Assembly: GCF_000181795.1 (NCBI RefSeq) | Contig: NW_003526943.1 | Span: 808,487 to 872,486 of the forward strand | Source of the DNA: Trichinella spiralis | Taxonomy: Eukaryota | DNA: 64,000 nucleotides | Direction: 5' to 3' | In this document: positions 59,259 to 64,000 of the stretch, one piece after another | Numbering within the stretch: position 1 is the stretch's first letter | How the letters are laid out: each line of letters opens with the position of its first letter | Program-made: the position numbers and the translations under genes | The notes under the pieces: generated by a model | Seen by the model: only the letters and a program-made list of their open reading frames with translations | Database searches by the model: none | Told to the model about the DNA's origin: nothing

Positions 59259-62079
59259 CTACTGAGCTAATTTGGATTGATGAAGTCCTTTCCCATTATT
59301 TATTGACTTCTTCTCCACAGAATCGGATGTCGCCGACTCACCTAACAAGTCTTCTTCTTTCTTCAAAATTTCCAATGCTTTATTCACCTGTTCCGAGTTG
59401 ATTTCCACGGATTCTTTCATCATAAGATCGATCACCTTGACAATGAATTAAACAACAATTATGAATTGCAATACAATAAACGTTGAATTGTTATTATTTC
59501 AAGTCGAATACTTTCAAAGCTAAATCCAAATCAATTGCACCATCTCGATCTTCATCGAACGCTTCGAGTACTTGATAAATTCTCTTCATCTTTGCCTCAT
59601 TCGGCATCTGTTTGAGCTGTTTCAACGGTGCTAAAACTTCACTCAAAGTAGCCATTTTTTTCCTAAATTAAATTTCCCCCTGGATAATTTCCCTATCAAA
59701 AATGATAAATCATAATCAAATAGACAAACTCGTGTTTTGCAATCGCAGATGGATCGGTTTGCTTTTCGTCAACTGTAGCAATGATTTTTTTCCCCTCCAT
59801 TCGGTCGACAAGCTTATCCACGCGTTCCACAAGCCGATCCACTTGGCTCTGCAAACGTCTAGCCGCTTTGCTCACTTTCACATCATCTCCACGCGATTTG
59901 AAAATTGACTGAACTTCTTCGACTTCCTGAAAAATTTGCATATGCAAAGAACAATTTCATCAACAACAACAAAGTAGATGTAGTATCATTTATTATTAAT
60001 AATTTAAAAAAAATTCACTTCTTTGTGCTCTTGAACTTGTTCTTTCAATTCTATCAAATCATCCTTGACCTCATTCAAAGGACCTTTCACCGTTTCCACA
60101 AGATGTTCAATTTCACGCAATTCAGACGACTCAATAGGAGTATCAACTGAAATAAATCAAATTTTCTTGTTTCGAATAATATTAATATTAAAATTAAAAT
60201 CAACTTTGTATTGATTTGTCTTTGACTAGAGGAGCCGAATCGAGTAGAACATCCGATTCAGTTACCGGCACCGAAGCCGCTTGGACCACAGCTTCGACCT
60301 CTTCAGTGGGACTGCGAACAACAGTGGCTTTTTGCGCCTAGTTGCATAAAAATTGATTAAAATAAAGATGAATATTTAAATTCAAATAAAATTACAACTC
60401 CTTTTTCTTTTTGCTTGGATCGTTGTTCTTCAGCTTCTTTTTTCAACGCTTCTTCCAATGAGACGATCAAATCAAATTTGGTCTTGTTGTCCACTCGAAC
60501 GCCTTCAATTTCGGCCAACTTTATCTTCGCTTCGTCGGCTATATGCGAGGGTAGTGTTGACAAGATTGTCTTGAGTCGAACAGAAAACGGTACATCTTCT
60601 TGTATGTAAAGCGTGCTGGAAAGCAGCAACAACGACGGTGGCACTTTTTCATTCAACGACAATTCGAGCCATTTGGCCAGTTGAGCTTTCAGGCGACTGA
60701 CCGGCACGCCCAACGCACGCATCCCTCTGGCTCGGCAAGCCGTCTGCAATTCCGACTCAGAAAGACTATCAATGCCCTCTTTGACGATTAGCTTAAAATG
60801 AAAAAAAATTTTTTTTTTCATTCATCCTCATCATCATCTTATTTAATTTCTTTTCTCATCATTCAAACATCGAACCTGATCATCAGCTTTCAATTCGCGA
60901 AGTTTCAAACGCAACTGCAACAGCAGCATATTTGTCGTTCCGATTGGCTGAATGCCAACTATGAGACACAACGCCCGAAGCTGAGCATAGCTGAGACTAT
61001 CCAAAGTCAGTTCATCTTCGAAAAATTTCGAATATTTCAACAAATCATCGTTCGATACATAACTGCCACCTTCTTCACGAATCTGCAATTGGAAAAAAAA
61101 TATTTCATCTATTAATATATAATCGATATATAATAGAATTGAATCAATCGACTGAATGAATAATTTAAATTTTCACATCAACTGATGGATTTAAAATGGA
61201 TATTTTAAAACGAATTACCTTTTTCATAAAAGCTGAAAACTCGGTTAACTGATTCAATCCATCAGAATTCTTTTTCCTTTCCAAAGACAAATCTTCAAGC
61301 GTGTCTTGCAAAAATTTCGCCATATCCAATTTCACTTTTAACGCTTTGTTTCTTTTCTCTTGCTAAACACAATAAACATTCAAAAACAAAACAAACAAAT
61401 TAATAAATTCTACCTCTTTGTGTTCTTCTTGAAAAGTGCTGGGGAGTAGGCCGGGAAAAAATTTCAAAACTAATGGCAGTGCAAATTCCATGAACGGCAC
61501 TATGATAAATATCAAAAACGGTACAAGTCGAAACAAGTCCGATGTAGTCCTGATTAACTGTAAAAATGAATCACACATAAATAAATAAATAAATATAAAT
61601 ATATATATATAATATACTTGTCGTCTTTCTTTGCGCATCAAAGTTTCTCCAGTTAATAACCGTCGCAATAACCGCAGGCATACTTTCACATCAATGTAAA
61701 GCAGTTTAAAGCCGTGGTAATAATGCTGCATTTCATTTTTGAAACGCAACCACAGTGACTGCTTTTTCTGAATTTCCATACTTTTTTTCATCAAATTTCT
61801 CTTCTCTCTCAATCGCTCACTCTCTTCAACATCCTCTTTCAAAGCTTTCAACATCGCTTCCACTTTCGACTGTCCATCTCCAGTCGGATGTAGACATATT
61901 GCACTTAAGTGAAAATTTCGTTTTCCATTCCAGCATAAAACTGAAGATGCATAACAAACATTATAACCAAAAAAACAATTCCCACTCAACGGTGAAAAAT
62001 TGAATGCTCTGTTTGACCGGTCATCAGTGAGAAAAGCGGAAAAGCTAGCATTATACAGCGTTTTACAGTTGCTGGGCAA
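59259..62079 (-). CDS. LETM1: LETM1 mitochondrial EF-hand exchanger; true start upstream and unresolved (candidate ATG ~62268)
   Basis: [92 protein letters not shown], EF-hand DEDRDGAID; stop at 59259-59261. Confidence 0.95.
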
Positions 62080-64000
62080 ATAAAATCTACAAAATTCACC
62101 AAATTATAACTTCCAACATAACATACAAAAACAATACACTATTATTGTTTTTAATAAATTGTTTACTTTAAATTTATATTCAGAATCAAATATTAAATTT
62201 CGTGTTAATTATTCAACAATGCTACTTCCCTAAAATGCAGAAGAAAAGAATACACATATCTTATACATGGCGTCACATTCTTTATATATATACTTATAAT
62301 TAGCAACATTTTTCATATATGATTCTTTTTATGTTATAAATACTTTTTTTTTGAAATAATTATGCTGTAATATAGCACTGATTACTACAATACTAAATGA
62401 TTAAAAATGATACACGTGCATTCACAATTTGCTGATAACTTCTTTAAACAAAAAATACATTACTTTCTGGGTAAAGGCTTCTGAATCAAAAGACGCGTGC
62501 TTATTTGGCTAATAATCATTTATACAAAAAATTTTCAACAATTCAACAAATACATACAACAGCCGCTGGAAAAACTAACAAATTCGTTGTTTTGCTTTAC
62601 TACAGTAAAACGAAAGCAAGTGCTGAAAGCAAAAGTCAATAGAATATACTTGTCAAGCAAATAAGATTAATAAAAATTAAATAAAAACCACGTAATTTAA
62701 AGCAACTTGATTTATTTTCACTTATGAATTGAACAATAGCTGTTTTGTTTGAATGTACAGGGAAAAATATTTTAAAGAAAATGTAAAATTAAACTGCTAA
62801 ACTTCATCAATTTATGCAATCAAATTTAACTGGATATACTATTTTATTGAAGCTCTTTATTTATTAAGATTCAATATTTTAAAAAGTCTGCAAGATCTAC
62901 ATTTTTTGGGAATTTCAGATTTTGACAGATTATTTGTAGTGTTGTTTTTCAAGTGGAAACTGTATTTTAAATCACTTATTGTTAATACATTTTATTCCAT
63001 TTGATCAAAATATTGCATTTAGCAATTTTTATCAGGAAGTTATTATCTGGCTTTTGTATGCTACTCATTCACTCAGTTAAATAAGCAATTTCGTTATTTG
63101 AAAACATCAACAAGCAATGCAACTAAGAAGATGCAACACAACAAATAGCGATAAATAAGTCAAAGAGAAATACACAAATACAGGTATATGCAACAGTGCA
63201 AACATTTTTGTTCTGCAATTCACTCGTAACTTGTAACATCACTGTATCTATTTCTTACCGTTATATGATAGTTAGGTGCCAATGGAATTCATTCTATTCT
63301 TGAAAATTTTTATAAAAACAGTATTTTATTTAATAATAATTGCGCTAAAAAGTCAAAAAAATGTATTAATATAAACCTAATAAAAAATGTCTTCTAATAA
63401 TTTATAACCCTTTCCGCGAACATCTCGAAAATACATTTAATAAAAGTGGGACCTGCAAATACTCATTGTTCTCTGATTGGCTGGAATTTATTGGTCAGAT
63501 ATGATCGTCCGATCATTTTGTATTTTCCATTGTTGTCTGTGCTGTCTTTGCCGATTTTCAATGCTCACTGATCACATAGAGTGATATTGTTGATTAATGG
63601 TATTTTCGCAGGCAGTTCAAAAGGGAATAAAAGAGAACGTTATTTATTTTTCACTTTATTTGTCAATTAATTAATAAATAATTGAAGCTAATAATAATTA
63701 ATACATGTTTACATTTTACATGATAGTAATTTTCACATTGTAAAATTCTATTTAAAAAATTTTACTTTTCAAATATTACATTTTATTTTAATTCAATTTG
63801 AGCAATATCAAAATCAAATTAAACAAAACGCTGAAAAAGTGCTACAGGTAAATAAAATTCAAAATGCGCTTTTGTGATATGTCCAACTGTTTACTCGACT
63901 GTCCAACAGTGCAATTGCTATGGCATTTTCCCTGCAGAATACAAGCGAAAAATGGGTACAGCTTTATTGAAGTTAAACAAATGGTACAGAATGCAAACGA

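Noticed and set aside
59335..59345. Consensus donor TAG|GTGAGT inside the last LETM1 exon
   Set aside because: The frame reads through to a normal stop and no convincing downstream exon was found; needs RNA data.

Overview
Gene-dense, very AT-rich eukaryotic DNA with many short (~50-90 nt) GT-AG introns. Gene content and style suggest a nematode, most plausibly a clade I nematode such as Trichinella (inference, not provable from the window). About 18 protein-coding loci can be reconstructed by manual splicing: DENR (5' end outside the window), SERCA, ZCCHC8-like, SMIM14, FANCJ/BRIP1, a large secreted chitin-binding/EB/lustrin/Kunitz protein, a stand-alone ZSWIM3/FAR1-type DNA-binding-domain gene, PRKRIP1, a PAN/apple-repeat secreted protein, an N-terminal GCN1-like gene, GET1/WRB, a TTBK kinase, C1orf131-like, a p24/TMED, TRA2, GTDC1/QTMAN, GINS2 and LETM1. 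There is also a decayed piggyBac element, a MITE-like inverted-repeat family, microsatellites and two assembly gaps. Best leads: an AGAA-rich candidate poison exon in the last intron of TRA2; a combinatorial microexon/terminal-exon cassette for the SERCA C-terminus; a pre-miRNA-like hairpin in an apparently spliced non-coding locus; a CTCF-like site between divergent genes; and an apparently truncated GCN1. Exon boundaries were read by eye and family calls rest on recalled motifs, not database searches.
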